From positions 2,030-66,029 of the IMG/VR virus record IMGVR_UViG_3300050121_000032: a DNA stretch of 64,000 nucleotides; one strand, written 5' to 3'. Origin of the DNA: a virus (taxonomy: Duplodnaviria; Caudoviricetes). A program made the translations under genes and the position numbers. Of this stretch, positions 46,012 to 55,770 are shown one piece after another. The notes beneath the pieces were generated by a model, which had not been told where the DNA came from, made no database searches, and saw nothing but the letters and a program-made list of their open reading frames with translations. Within the stretch, counting starts at the first letter, position 1. Every line of letters starts with the position of its first letter.

Positions 46012-47071
46012 GGTGCTCAACGAACAGAAGAAGCGGATCGAGCTGCTGACACAGGAGGGTGACAATGCAAAAACCGTCCGAGAAAACATTTATCGTATCG
46101 CAGCCTACGATCCTACCCCTCCCGAATGGACTGTCCGAGAAGGCCGAGCGGGCGCTCGCGGCGTACCGGCTACGATCTGGAGCGACTGGCACTACGGCGA
46201 AGTCGTCCGAATGCCCGGCATCAACAACTACGACAAGCACGTCGCCAAGCGACGCATCAAGCACCTCTGCGAGACCACCGTCGATCTCGCCTACAACCAC
46301 ATGGGCCGAGCGAAGATTACCTATCCGGGCTGTATTGTGGCACTGGGCGGTGACATGCTGGGAGGCGATATTCATGAGGAGCTGATGAAGACGAACGACC
46401 GCACCACGCAGCAGTCGATCGAGGACCTCATCGACCTGATCTGCGGCGGCCTCGACATGATGGCCGGGGCGTTCGGAAAGCTCTTCGTTCCATGCGTCGT
46501 GGGCAACCACGGACGCTCTACCCGCAAAATGCAAGCCAAGGAGCGCGTGTTCACCTCGCACGAGTGGAACGTGTACTGCGGTGTTGCTCGCCACTTCCGG
46601 AGGAGCAAACATGTCCAGTTCGCGATACCCGAGACTGCAGATTGCGCTTTCAATATTTTTGGCCACCGTTATCTTCTTACTCATGGTGACAGTCTTGGTA
46701 CTAAGGGTGGCGATGGGATTATCGGCGCTCTGGGCCCGATCATGCGGGGCACTCTCAAGACGCATCGCTCTGAGGCTCAGATTGGTCGAGATTTCGACAC
46801 GCTACTCATTGGGCACTGGCACCAGTACATCACGCTCCCCGGACTTATCTGCAACAACAGCCTCAAGGGTTACGACGAGTTCGCCCACCTGTTCCTGCGG
46901 GCGCCATACAGTCGACCATCACAGGCACTTTGGTTTACCCACCCCGAACACGGGCTCACTGCCCACTGGCAAGTCTACCTCGAAAAGCAGCTGACCCCGC
47001 TGACACAGGCCAAGCCATGGGTGTCATGGCAGGACTTCGCGGACAGCCGACTGGACAACAATGCAGCTTAA
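45938..47071 (+). CDS. calcineurin-like metallophosphoesterase
   Basis: SDWH, GGD, GNHGR, THGD and GHWH motifs. Confidence 0.85.
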   Translation: MASSERKTDQEKLADAMVIIREKNKVLNEQKKRIELLTQEGDNAKTVRENIYRIAAYDPTPPEWTVREGRAGARGVPATIWSDWHYGEVVRMPGINNYDKHVAKRRIKHLCETTVDLAYNHMGRAKITYPGCIVALGGDMLGGDIHEELMKTNDRTTQQSIEDLIDLICGGLDMMAGAFGKLFVPCVVGNHGRSTRKMQAKERVFTSHEWNVYCGVARHFRRSKHVQFAIPETADCAFNIFGHRYLLTHGDSLGTKGGDGIIGALGPIMRGTLKTHRSEAQIGRDFDTLLIGHWHQYITLPGLICNNSLKGYDEFAHLFLRAPYSRPSQALWFTHPEHGLTAHWQVYLEKQLTPLTQAKPWVSWQDFADSRLDNNAA

Positions 47072-48512
47072 CTATTCCGCCCCTCCGACCGGTGCGCGCT
47101 TCATGAAGAGCGCCGCGTTCGGCCGTCTCATTGCCGGCCCCGTGGGCTCTGGCAAGACGGTCGCGTGCGTGATCGAGCTGCTGCGCCGGGCAGTAGGGCA
47201 GAGCAAGGGCAAGGACGGCTACCGGCACACACGCTTCGCCGTAGTCCGCCAGACCCTCAAGCAACTCAAGGACACCGTCCTGAAGGACTGCCAGCAGTGG
47301 CTGCAGGGCCTCGGATCGTGGAAGGTTTCGGAAAACACTTTTCATTTGGAGTTCGGCGATGTCAGATCGGAGTGGGTCTTCATCCCGCTGGAAAACGCTG
47401 AGGACCAAGCTCGCCTCCTGTCTATGCAGCTCACCGGCGGTTGGCTCTCGGAGTGCATCGAAATGGACCTCGATGTTCTTGGTCCCCTATCGGGCCGACT
47501 GGGACGCTATCCTTCGGGAGAGCAAGGCTCACCGACGTGGTTCGGATGGATTGCGGACACGAACTTCCCCACGGAGATGACGCCATGGCACACGTTCATG
47601 GAGAACCCTCCCATGGGCGTGCAGATATTCAAGCAGCCGTCGGGGCTGTCCCCAGAGGCCGAGAACCTCAACTGGCTGGTGCAGACCGAAGAGACCGTTA
47701 AGCTGCCGACTGACCACCCAGACCGGATCAAGCAGGGCCGCCGCTACTACGAACGCTTCGTCGAGATGTACGGCGAAGAGAGCGACTGGGTGAGGCGCTA
47801 CGTCAAGGCCGAGTATGGCGACGACCCGAGCGGCGCCGCGGTCTTCAAGAACACCTTCATCTCCAACTTCCACATCGTCGAGGACACGCTGCTGATCCCC
47901 GGCTACCCGCTGCTGATCGGGCAGGACTTCGGGCGCAACCCGTGGAGCCTGATCGCGCAGATGGATCACATGGGCCGCCTGCTCGTGCATCAGGAAGTGC
48001 CGGGCACCAACGTCGGGCTGGAGAAGCACGTCTTCCAGAACCTCAAGCCGGTGCTCTACAGCCAGAAGTACATGGGCTTCCGGGTCGCCGCGGTGGGCGA
48101 TCCCAGCGGCGTGGCCAAGGGCAATGTCGCCGAAGAGAGCTGCGTCGAAGCCATGACGCGCCTCGGGGTGCCGTGCTTCCCGGCGCCGACTAACGACATC
48201 GAGCCGCGGCTGCGCGCCGTCGAGGCATTGCTGGGCAGGCAGATCAATGGCGGACCCGCGCTGATGATCTCACGCGCCGGTTGTCCGCACCTGTGCCGCG
48301 CCATGAGCGGCGGCTATCGGTTCACGAAGTTCAAGACTGGGGCGCTGCGTACCAAACCCGACAAGGATGACAAGGATGGCTTCTCGCATGTTGCAGACGA
48401 TCTCCAATATCTGTCACTCTGCGTTCACGGGGGGATCGTCCCCGAGATCACCCGACGCATTCAGCCCCGCACAAAAAAACGAGCCGCTGTCTCTGCTGCT
48501 GGGTGGACTTAA
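47061..48512 (+). CDS. terL: terminase large subunit
   Basis: Walker A GPVGSGKT, WLSE, DTN, nuclease GQDFG, GDPSG, SHVADDLQY. Confidence 0.93.
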   Translation: MQLNYSAPPTGARFMKSAAFGRLIAGPVGSGKTVACVIELLRRAVGQSKGKDGYRHTRFAVVRQTLKQLKDTVLKDCQQWLQGLGSWKVSENTFHLEFGDVRSEWVFIPLENAEDQARLLSMQLTGGWLSECIEMDLDVLGPLSGRLGRYPSGEQGSPTWFGWIADTNFPTEMTPWHTFMENPPMGVQIFKQPSGLSPEAENLNWLVQTEETVKLPTDHPDRIKQGRRYYERFVEMYGEESDWVRRYVKAEYGDDPSGAAVFKNTFISNFHIVEDTLLIPGYPLLIGQDFGRNPWSLIAQMDHMGRLLVHQEVPGTNVGLEKHVFQNLKPVLYSQKYMGFRVAAVGDPSGVAKGNVAEESCVEAMTRLGVPCFPAPTNDIEPRLRAVEALLGRQINGGPALMISRAGCPHLCRAMSGGYRFTKFKTGALRTKPDKDDKDGFSHVADDLQYLSLCVHGGIVPEITRRIQPRTKKRAAVSAAGWT

Positions 48513-48769
48513 TCGTCCTCGGCCTCAGTTTTCACGACGAGAGATGGAAGCCGGGTTATCGCTTCCAGCATTACGACTTTCGCCCGGAGCGCCGCAATCT
48601 TGCGCAGGCGCCGAGACGTCAACCAACGTTGTACCGTTTCGCTCTCGTAAATCTGGATCACATACCAGCACAGCGCGACCCCGGCCGCTATAATCGGAAA
48701 CCAGCCGAAGATCGTGCCGAGGACGGCCGACCCGGCGATCCACTGGTTGAAGTGATCATTGTGATCCAT
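48509..48769 (-). CDS. small membrane protein, holin-like, antisense to the late operon
   Basis: GGAG RBS; hydrophobic N-half, WYVIQIYESETVQRW, basic tail. Confidence 0.65.
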   Translation of the reverse strand: MDHNDHFNQWIAGSAVLGTIFGWFPIIAAGVALCWYVIQIYESETVQRWLTSRRLRKIAALRAKVVMLEAITRLPSLVVKTEAEDD

Positions 48770-48893
48770 GGTAGTGCTCCCGCTGCGGTGGCACTACCCA
48801 TGGCACGTACGGGTTAAGAATTTGGATCGTTAAGGAGTTTTTAGGCCCTGCCATGCGAGGTGGTTATACGCAACCCGCGGGAATGCTATAACC

Positions 48894-51212
48894 ATGGCTG
48901 ATCAACTCGGACAGAACGGCGTCATCCAGTTCACGGCACCGGACCAACTGGAGAAGCAGCTCGATGCCGCTGCCGCCCAGAAGGCGTCCGCCGCGCAGGC
49001 TGCGCAGCAGACACAGCAGCCGCAATTCCCCCAGCTCGCCGGCTACGTCAAAGGCCAGTTCGAGATTTTCCGCAACCACCGCAACACGGTAGCAGGGTGG
49101 AGCAATCGCATGCTCGCCGCGCTCCGATCGTTCAACGGTCAGTACGACCCCACCAAGCTCGCCGAGGTGACGAAGTTCGGTGGCTCGACTGTGTTCGCCC
49201 GCCTCACCGCGCAGAAGTGCCGCGCCGCCTCCTCGCTGCTCCGCGACATCTATCTCGGGCAGGATATCCCGTGGGCGCTGCAGCCGCCGAAGAACCCCGA
49301 AATTCCTCCCGAGATCAAGTCCAAGATCGACCAGCTGATCCAAGCCGAGGCCCAGCAGGTCGCCCAGCAGCTGGGTCAGCCGCCGGCGGCCGCCGATCTG
49401 GCCGAGCGCAAGCGCGCGCTGCTGGAGAGTGCCTCCGACGCCGCCAAGAAGAAAGCGGCTCAGCAGGCTCGCGACAGCTCCGACAAGATCGAGGACATGC
49501 TGCGGCAGGGCGGCTACTACCATGCGCTCGCCGAGTTCCTCGTTGACCTGCCGATCTTCCCGTTCGCCTGCATCAAGGGCCCCGTCGTCAAGGTGATCCC
49601 CACCGTGATCTGGCCCCCGGGCGGCGGCCGGCCGACTGTCAAGCAGGTTCCGACGCTGACATGGAACCGGGTCTCGCCGTTCGACATCTGGTTCACCCCC
49701 GGCGTGGCCGACATCGAAAACGCCAACGTGATCGAGAAGCTGCGCGTCACCCGCGCCGAGCTGAACGATCTGCTCGACCTGCCCGGCTACAACACCGACG
49801 AGATCAGGGCGGTGCTCGACGAGTACGGCCGCGGCGGCCTCTACGACAACTGGGACACCACCGACGCCGAGCGCAGCGTGCTCGAGCAGCGGGAGAACCC
49901 GGCGTGGAACCGATCGGGCATGATCTCGATGATGGAGTTCAACGGCAACGTCCAAGGCCGCCTCCTGCAGGATTACGGCATGCCGGTCGACGACGAACTG
50001 CGCGACTACCACGTTCAAATTTGGGTGATCGGCTCGCACGTCATCAAGTGCCACCAGTCGCCGTCGCCGCGGCAGCGCCACCCCTACTTCATCACCTCGT
50101 TCGAGAAGGTGCCCGGCACGCCAGTCGGAAATGGGCTTTCCGACCTGCTCGCCGACATGCAGGAGAGCGCGAATGCGACCTTGCGGTCGCTTATCAACAA
50201 CCTCTCGATCTCCTCGGGGCCGCAAGTCGTCATCAACGACGACATGCTCGCGCCCGGCGAAAACGGCGAGGACATGTACCCATGGAAGCGCTGGCACACC
50301 AAGAACGATCCCATGACGAGCGCCGGCAAGCAGCCGATCAGCTTCTTCATGCCGGCCTCGAACGCGCAGTCGCTGATCGAGTGCTACTCGAAGTTTGTGG
50401 ACATTGCGGACGACGTATCGGCCATCCCGAAGTATGTGGGTGGACAGGCTGGTGGTGGTGCGGGTCGGACAGCGTCTGGCCTCGCGATGCTGATGGGCAA
50501 CGCAAGCAAAATCCTCCAGACCGTGTCCGCGAATATTGACCGCGACATCATCGAAGGCTCGATGCAGCAGCTGCAGGACTTGCTCCTGCTCACCGATACG
50601 AGCGGCCTGCTCACCGGTGAAGAGCGGCTGACCGTGCAGGGTGTCAACGTGGCGATCCAGCGCGAGACGCTGCGCCAGCGCCAGATCGAGTTCCTGACTG
50701 CGACGAACAACCCGACCGACATGCACATCATGGGCATCAAGGGCCGCGCCACCGTGCTGCGCTCCGTGTCCTCGACGATCGGCATGCCGGGCGACGAGAT
50801 CGTGCCGAACGAACAGCAGATCGAGCGCATGGCGATGGACGAGCAGAAGTCGCAGCAGTCCGGTCCGATCGACCAGATGATCCAGAAGGCCGTCGACGAG
50901 GGTGTCGCCGCCGGTGTCAAGCGCATCACCACGGAGCTGACGGCCGGCCGCATCGCGCCGACCGAAGGCATGGCCGAAGGGCCGCCCGCGCACATCGGTA
51001 CCCCCGGTTCGCCCGGAGGTAGTACGCCGCAAACAAACAACCCGGGGATGGACCTCGGCCAGCAGCATCCGAACGACGGCACCACGGAGCGCGCGCAGGC
51101 TGCACAGGGCAACCAGCCCTCGCCGCTCTCGCGCAGCATGGGACCGCAGACGCATCTTGTGGGCAATCAGCCCGGCCGCGGCGCCATGCCGGTTAGCGGA
51201 GGCGTCGGATGA
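48894..51212 (+). CDS. portal protein
   Basis: 772 aa after TerL; VSPFDIW, GNGLSDLL, RTASGLAMLM patterns of P22-like/podovirus portals. Confidence 0.88.
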   Translation: MADQLGQNGVIQFTAPDQLEKQLDAAAAQKASAAQAAQQTQQPQFPQLAGYVKGQFEIFRNHRNTVAGWSNRMLAALRSFNGQYDPTKLAEVTKFGGSTVFARLTAQKCRAASSLLRDIYLGQDIPWALQPPKNPEIPPEIKSKIDQLIQAEAQQVAQQLGQPPAAADLAERKRALLESASDAAKKKAAQQARDSSDKIEDMLRQGGYYHALAEFLVDLPIFPFACIKGPVVKVIPTVIWPPGGGRPTVKQVPTLTWNRVSPFDIWFTPGVADIENANVIEKLRVTRAELNDLLDLPGYNTDEIRAVLDEYGRGGLYDNWDTTDAERSVLEQRENPAWNRSGMISMMEFNGNVQGRLLQDYGMPVDDELRDYHVQIWVIGSHVIKCHQSPSPRQRHPYFITSFEKVPGTPVGNGLSDLLADMQESANATLRSLINNLSISSGPQVVINDDMLAPGENGEDMYPWKRWHTKNDPMTSAGKQPISFFMPASNAQSLIECYSKFVDIADDVSAIPKYVGGQAGGGAGRTASGLAMLMGNASKILQTVSANIDRDIIEGSMQQLQDLLLLTDTSGLLTGEERLTVQGVNVAIQRETLRQRQIEFLTATNNPTDMHIMGIKGRATVLRSVSSTIGMPGDEIVPNEQQIERMAMDEQKSQQSGPIDQMIQKAVDEGVAAGVKRITTELTAGRIAPTEGMAEGPPAHIGTPGSPGGSTPQTNNPGMDLGQQHPNDGTTERAQAAQGNQPSPLSRSMGPQTHLVGNQPGRGAMPVSGGVG

Positions 51213-51466
51213 CCGCCAACACGCAGAAGCTCGTGCGCGTGCTCGCCGGCCCCACGGGACCGACCGGCACCGTGCGTGGCGTACGCATCCTCTCGACGTT
51301 CACCGGACCGACCGGGACCTTCCCGGTGTGGGGACAGATCAACGCTGCGCAGCAGGCCAGTGGCCCGAGCGGCACGTTCAAGGAAGTCTATCCGGTCTCC
51401 GGAGCCACCGGTGCCGCGCACGATATCAAGACCGTGATCATCCTCGGCTACACGGGGCCCGCTTAA
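51209..51466 (+). CDS. small virion protein with GPTG motifs
   Basis: ATGA overlap; repeated GPTG/GATG. Confidence 0.7.
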   Translation: MTANTQKLVRVLAGPTGPTGTVRGVRILSTFTGPTGTFPVWGQINAAQQASGPSGTFKEVYPVSGATGAAHDIKTVIILGYTGPA

Positions 51467-51548
51467 GGAACTCGTAAGGGTTTCGACCTAGACACGATGG
51501 CATGTTCGGCGATGCCGAGGCCAAGGACAACCTTGACAGGGGACTACC

Positions 51549-52058
51549 ATGACAATTCTTTCGAGCCGCAACTACGACCGGAATATTCTCGGCAGCATCC
51601 TCAAGCAGGTTGTCGACGTCCTCAACGGCGGCTCGGTGGGTGGACCCACGGGCGTTACCGGACCTGTTGGTCCGACTGGCTCTTCGACTGGCGCAACCGG
51701 CCCGACCGGTGCCGCCGGCGCAACCGGCCCGACCGGCTCTTCGGTTGGCACTCAGGGTCCCGCGGGACCGCAGGGTGCCATAGGCAACACTGGCCCGACC
51801 GGCGCGACTGGTCAGGGCGCAACCGGACCCGCTGGCCCCATCGGCGCGACCGGCCCGACCCCGGGATCAACTGGCGTCACCGGCCCCACGGGCGCGGGCG
51901 TCACCGGACCGACCGGCGCTGCAGGCCCCACGGGCGCTGCGGGCGCGACCGGCCCGACTGGCACCATCGGTGTCGTCATCGTTCCGCCGGCCTCCGACCC
52001 GCACGTCAGCGGACAGGTCTGGAATAACGCGGGCGTCCTCACCGTTTCGGCCGGCTAA
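51549..52058 (+). CDS. collagen-like (Gly-X-Thr) virion fibre protein
   Basis: GPT/GAT triplets; C-terminal [14 protein letters not shown]. Confidence 0.8.
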   Translation: MTILSSRNYDRNILGSILKQVVDVLNGGSVGGPTGVTGPVGPTGSSTGATGPTGAAGATGPTGSSVGTQGPAGPQGAIGNTGPTGATGQGATGPAGPIGATGPTPGSTGVTGPTGAGVTGPTGAAGPTGAAGATGPTGTIGVVIVPPASDPHVSGQVWNNAGVLTVSAG

Positions 52059-52070
52059 TAGGGGGCTGAC

Positions 52071-52676
52071 ATGGCAGTAGGCAACAGCGTCATCGGTGTT
52101 CCGATCACTCCCGATCCCTCCGCGACCGGGAAGAACACCTATGACGACAACCGCATCCCGGCTATCCTCAAGGAAGTCGTGGACCTGATCAACACCAAGA
52201 ACATCCCCGGACCGGTTGGCCCGGCGGGTGCGAAGGGACCGCTTGCCACCGGTGCCAGCTCGACTGGCCCGACTGGTGCGGCCGGCGCAAGCCCGACAGG
52301 ACCGATCAACTCTGCGCTGATCGGCGTCACTGGAAACACAGGCTATCAGGGCCCGCTTGGCCCGATCGGCCCGCTTGCCGGTGCCGGCCAGAACAGCAAC
52401 GCCACCGGACCGACCGGCTATACCGGACCGACCGGCTCTTCGACGGGACCTGCTGGTCCCACCGGAGCGGCCTCAGCAACTGGCAACACCGGACCCGCCG
52501 GCGTTACCGGCCCGCGTAATCCAACCGTCGGGACCCCGGGTCCGCTGAACTCCACGGGTGGTGTTGTGTGGATACCGCCAACGGTCGATCCCGGCATTGC
52601 CGGCGCCGTGTGGAACCCCCGAGGCCAGACTGGCGTCGGCGTCCTCAAAATCTCGACGGGTGGCTCCCGACCGTAA
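52071..52676 (+). CDS. collagen-like virion fibre protein, paralog of the upstream gene
   Basis: [10 protein letters not shown] vs [10 protein letters not shown]; GPT triplets; [14 protein letters not shown]. Confidence 0.8.
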   Translation: MAVGNSVIGVPITPDPSATGKNTYDDNRIPAILKEVVDLINTKNIPGPVGPAGAKGPLATGASSTGPTGAAGASPTGPINSALIGVTGNTGYQGPLGPIGPLAGAGQNSNATGPTGYTGPTGSSTGPAGPTGAASATGNTGPAGVTGPRNPTVGTPGPLNSTGGVVWIPPTVDPGIAGAVWNPRGQTGVGVLKISTGGSRP

Positions 52677-52722
52677 GGAGCCACCTCCCATAACCCTGAA
52701 CCCCAACGTCAGGATGTCTCTT

Positions 52723-54759
52723 ATGCCGAAGCCATCGGTCTGTCTGAACATGATCGTCAAGAACGAGAGCGCCCGCATCGAGCGGGCCCTCGCCTCGGTT
52801 ACCGCCACGGTAAAAGTCATCTTCCTCCACGACACCGGATCGACTGACGACACCATCGCCAAGGCCTACGAGTTCGCCGACGCGCACAACATCCCGATCC
52901 ACGTCTCGTGCGGGACCTTCGAGAATTTCTCGCAAGCGCGCAACGAAGCCTTCCGGATAGCCAAGACCATGAACGGCGCCGGTGATCTGCCGTGGTGCCA
53001 GTTCGCGCTGCTGATGGACGCCGACATGGAGCTGGTGGTCGAGGCGCCCTCGGTCTTCCACAAGCTCAAGGCTACCGCCGTCAGCTATGACATGATGCAG
53101 AAGGGCGGCACGGTCTCCTACATGAACCGCCGGCTCGTCAACCTGCAGACCGGCAAGGACGACATCTATGTCGGCGTGACGCACGAATACATCGACCTGC
53201 CGGCTTACGGCCTGATCAGCGGCGCCATGTTCGTCGACCACGCCGACGGCGCCAACCGGACCGAGAAATACAAGCGCGATGCCCAGCTGCTGGAGGAAGA
53301 CCTCCGCACCAACCCGAACAACGGCCGCTCGCTGTTCTATCTCGGCAACTCCTATGCCGACTGGGGCCTAGCTGACAGCACTGTGCTGCCGTATGCGATC
53401 GACGCCTACACCAAGCGGATCACGCTGGGAGGCTGGGACGAGGAGACGCATCAGGCGATGATCAGCCGGGCTTCGTGCGAGCTGCGGCGTGACAATCCAG
53501 CCCGTTTCGTGCAGGGTATGGTCGAAGCCTACAACTTCCGGCCATCCCGGGCCGAGCCGCTCTATGAGCTGGCGAAATACTATCGCGAGAGGGGCGACCA
53601 CGCCGCGTCCCTGCTGTTCTCCAAAGCCGGCGTCAACATCCCAAGACCCAACGATGTCCTTTTTGTTAACGACTTTGTCTACTCTCACGGTCTGCGTTAT
53701 GAGTACGCTGTTGAGGGATACTACGACGAGGCGGAGCGCAATCGCGCGTTTCAGGTTACGGATGACCTCGCACTCGATCCAACATGCCCGGCGGACCTCC
53801 GCTGGAGCGCGCGCTCGAACCTCTACTGGTTCACGAAGCCGCTGAGCCACTACTGCGGCAGCTTCAAGGATCGACAGATCAACTTCCTGCCGCCCCGCGG
53901 CTACACCGCGATGAACCCTTCGATCGAGGTCTGCAACGGCAAGATCAAATGCAACGTGCGCGCGGTCAACTACAAGATCGACGAGCACGGCCGCTACATG
54001 ATCGGTGACAAGGGGTGCCAAGAAGCCCCGATCGACACCCGAAATTTCGTGCTGACGCTGGACGACAGTCTCGATACGCAGAAGGTGAGCGAGGTGATCT
54101 GGCACCGCCCCGAGGCCACGTTCCCGCTGGTCACCGGGCTCGAAGATATCCGGCTGTGGCGCTTCCACGGCGAGATGTACTTCACCGCCACCGTGCGTGA
54201 GCAGAACTATCACGGCCATTGCCAGATGGTGCAGGGCAAGCTCGTCCACGACATCGACGACAAGTACATGATGGTCGATGACTGGAAGGTCATCTCCGAC
54301 GGCGACAAGCCAGAGAAGAACTGGATGCCCATGCCGGCCAACGGCGGCGCTCCGCGCTTCATGTATCGCTGCGACACCGTGACCATCCCAGAGGGTCTCA
54401 AGCGCGTGGCGACGGTCCATCCGGTCAAGATCGACGTCAACAACATCAGCGGCTCTTCGCAGCTGATCGAGTTCAAGAGCGGCCTGCTGGGCATCGTCCA
54501 CGAGGCCGCCACCGGACCCGACGGCAAGCGCACCTATTGGCATCGCTTCGCATGGTTCGAGAAGGACGGCATGTTGCGCCGGCTCTCGCTGCCGTTCGTG
54601 TTCCTCGATCGGCAGATCGAGTTCTGCGCCGGCCTCGCGTACCACCCCAACCGCAACGACCTGATCATCTCATTCGGCGTGCGCGATGCCGAGGCCCATC
54701 TGGCCACCGTGTCGATCGAGGAAGTTGCAATGATGTGCTGGAAGTTCCATGAAAACTAA
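52723..54759 (+). CDS. GT2 glycosyltransferase + TPR + C-terminal beta-propeller (glycosidase-like) domain
   Basis: CLNMIVKNE, DTGSTDDT, NFSQARN, DAD, GVTHEY; TPR-like helices; NPSI, GLEDIRL, EKNWMP, IEFCAGL. Confidence 0.88.
   Translation: MPKPSVCLNMIVKNESARIERALASVTATVKVIFLHDTGSTDDTIAKAYEFADAHNIPIHVSCGTFENFSQARNEAFRIAKTMNGAGDLPWCQFALLMDADMELVVEAPSVFHKLKATAVSYDMMQKGGTVSYMNRRLVNLQTGKDDIYVGVTHEYIDLPAYGLISGAMFVDHADGANRTEKYKRDAQLLEEDLRTNPNNGRSLFYLGNSYADWGLADSTVLPYAIDAYTKRITLGGWDEETHQAMISRASCELRRDNPARFVQGMVEAYNFRPSRAEPLYELAKYYRERGDHAASLLFSKAGVNIPRPNDVLFVNDFVYSHGLRYEYAVEGYYDEAERNRAFQVTDDLALDPTCPADLRWSARSNLYWFTKPLSHYCGSFKDRQINFLPPRGYTAMNPSIEVCNGKIKCNVRAVNYKIDEHGRYMIGDKGCQEAPIDTRNFVLTLDDSLDTQKVSEVIWHRPEATFPLVTGLEDIRLWRFHGEMYFTATVREQNYHGHCQMVQGKLVHDIDDKYMMVDDWKVISDGDKPEKNWMPMPANGGAPRFMYRCDTVTIPEGLKRVATVHPVKIDVNNISGSSQLIEFKSGLLGIVHEAATGPDGKRTYWHRFAWFEKDGMLRRLSLPFVFLDRQIEFCAGLAYHPNRNDLIISFGVRDAEAHLATVSIEEVAMMCWKFHEN
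52799..52813. promoter_or_regulatory. dispersed palindrome TTACCG-CCA-CGGTAA (intragenic, VTATV)
   Basis: exact motif match. Confidence 0.85.
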
Positions 54760-55408
54760 ACTGGTCACGGCCTACGTCCCGATCCCAAACCACCCACGCA
54801 CGCCGAAGGAATACGGCGATCTCGGCGAACAGCTGGGAGGCGTCCCGGTGCGCAAGAAGTGCTTCTACAACAAGCTCGACGAGCTGTGGATGACGAAGTA
54901 CGTCGCCAAGCTGCCGTTCACGCCGCGCGCGTCGGAGCACGACAACCCGCTCAAGAACACGCTGGCCTACCACGCCGTCAACCACCAGAAGACCTCGTGG
55001 CTGGTGCAGGCCGCAGATGAAGACCCGGATGCCGACGTGCTGGTCTGGGTCGACTACGGCATCTTCCGCCTGCCCGGGGTCAACAACCAAGCGATCTACG
55101 AGTTCATGGAGAAGCTCGACGACCGCGCGATCTACGCGCCCGGCTGTTGGCAGAAGCCGCAGGTGGTCGAGGCCGCCTATCCGAACTGGCGCTTCTGCGG
55201 CTCTGTGCTCGCTGTGCCGCGCAAGATGGTCGACCAGCTCGACTACGAATGCCGCGTGGCTGCGCGCCACCACATCTCCTCGACCAAGAATGTCGAGTTT
55301 GAGGTGAATACATGGGCTAGAGTAGAAGCCCGGACTAAGCTCCCTTTCCACTGGTACAAGGCTGACCACGATGTCTCAATGTTCACAAATCTGGAGCTGA
55401 AGCCGTGA
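54749..55408 (+). CDS. HtrL/YibB-like putative glycosyltransferase
   Basis: LVTAY, K..W, WVDYGI, WRFCGSV, EVNTWA, WYKADHD. Confidence 0.7.
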   Translation: MKTKLVTAYVPIPNHPRTPKEYGDLGEQLGGVPVRKKCFYNKLDELWMTKYVAKLPFTPRASEHDNPLKNTLAYHAVNHQKTSWLVQAADEDPDADVLVWVDYGIFRLPGVNNQAIYEFMEKLDDRAIYAPGCWQKPQVVEAAYPNWRFCGSVLAVPRKMVDQLDYECRVAARHHISSTKNVEFEVNTWARVEARTKLPFHWYKADHDVSMFTNLELKP

Positions 55409-55770
55409 CGCCGGAGTATCATCGAAACTACCTCAACCAAGGGGATAATCGCGACCGTCACAACCAACGGGTCCGCTCTGCGTATGCAAAGAACCCCCGC
55501 GGATATAAGGCTGCGAAACATAAATATCGATATGGCGAAAGTCTTGAAGAGACCGAAGCTCGTTTCGTGAACCAAGGATTGATTTGCGCTGCTTGCGGTG
55601 CGGACGATCCGGGATCGAAGACTGGGTGGCATACGGACCATAACCATAAGACAAAGACCGTGCGCGGCGTTCTTTGTTCTCCTTGCAACCGCGCACTCGG
55701 CTACGCGAAGGAAGACCCGCGACGTTTGCGGCTCCTCGCCAGCTATTTGGAGAAGCACAATGGCATTTAG
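55405..55770 (+). CDS. endonuclease VII-type HNH endonuclease
   Basis: QGLICAAC...HTDHNH...VRGVLCSPCNRALG. Confidence 0.85.
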   Translation: MTPEYHRNYLNQGDNRDRHNQRVRSAYAKNPRGYKAAKHKYRYGESLEETEARFVNQGLICAACGADDPGSKTGWHTDHNHKTKTVRGVLCSPCNRALGYAKEDPRRLRLLASYLEKHNGI

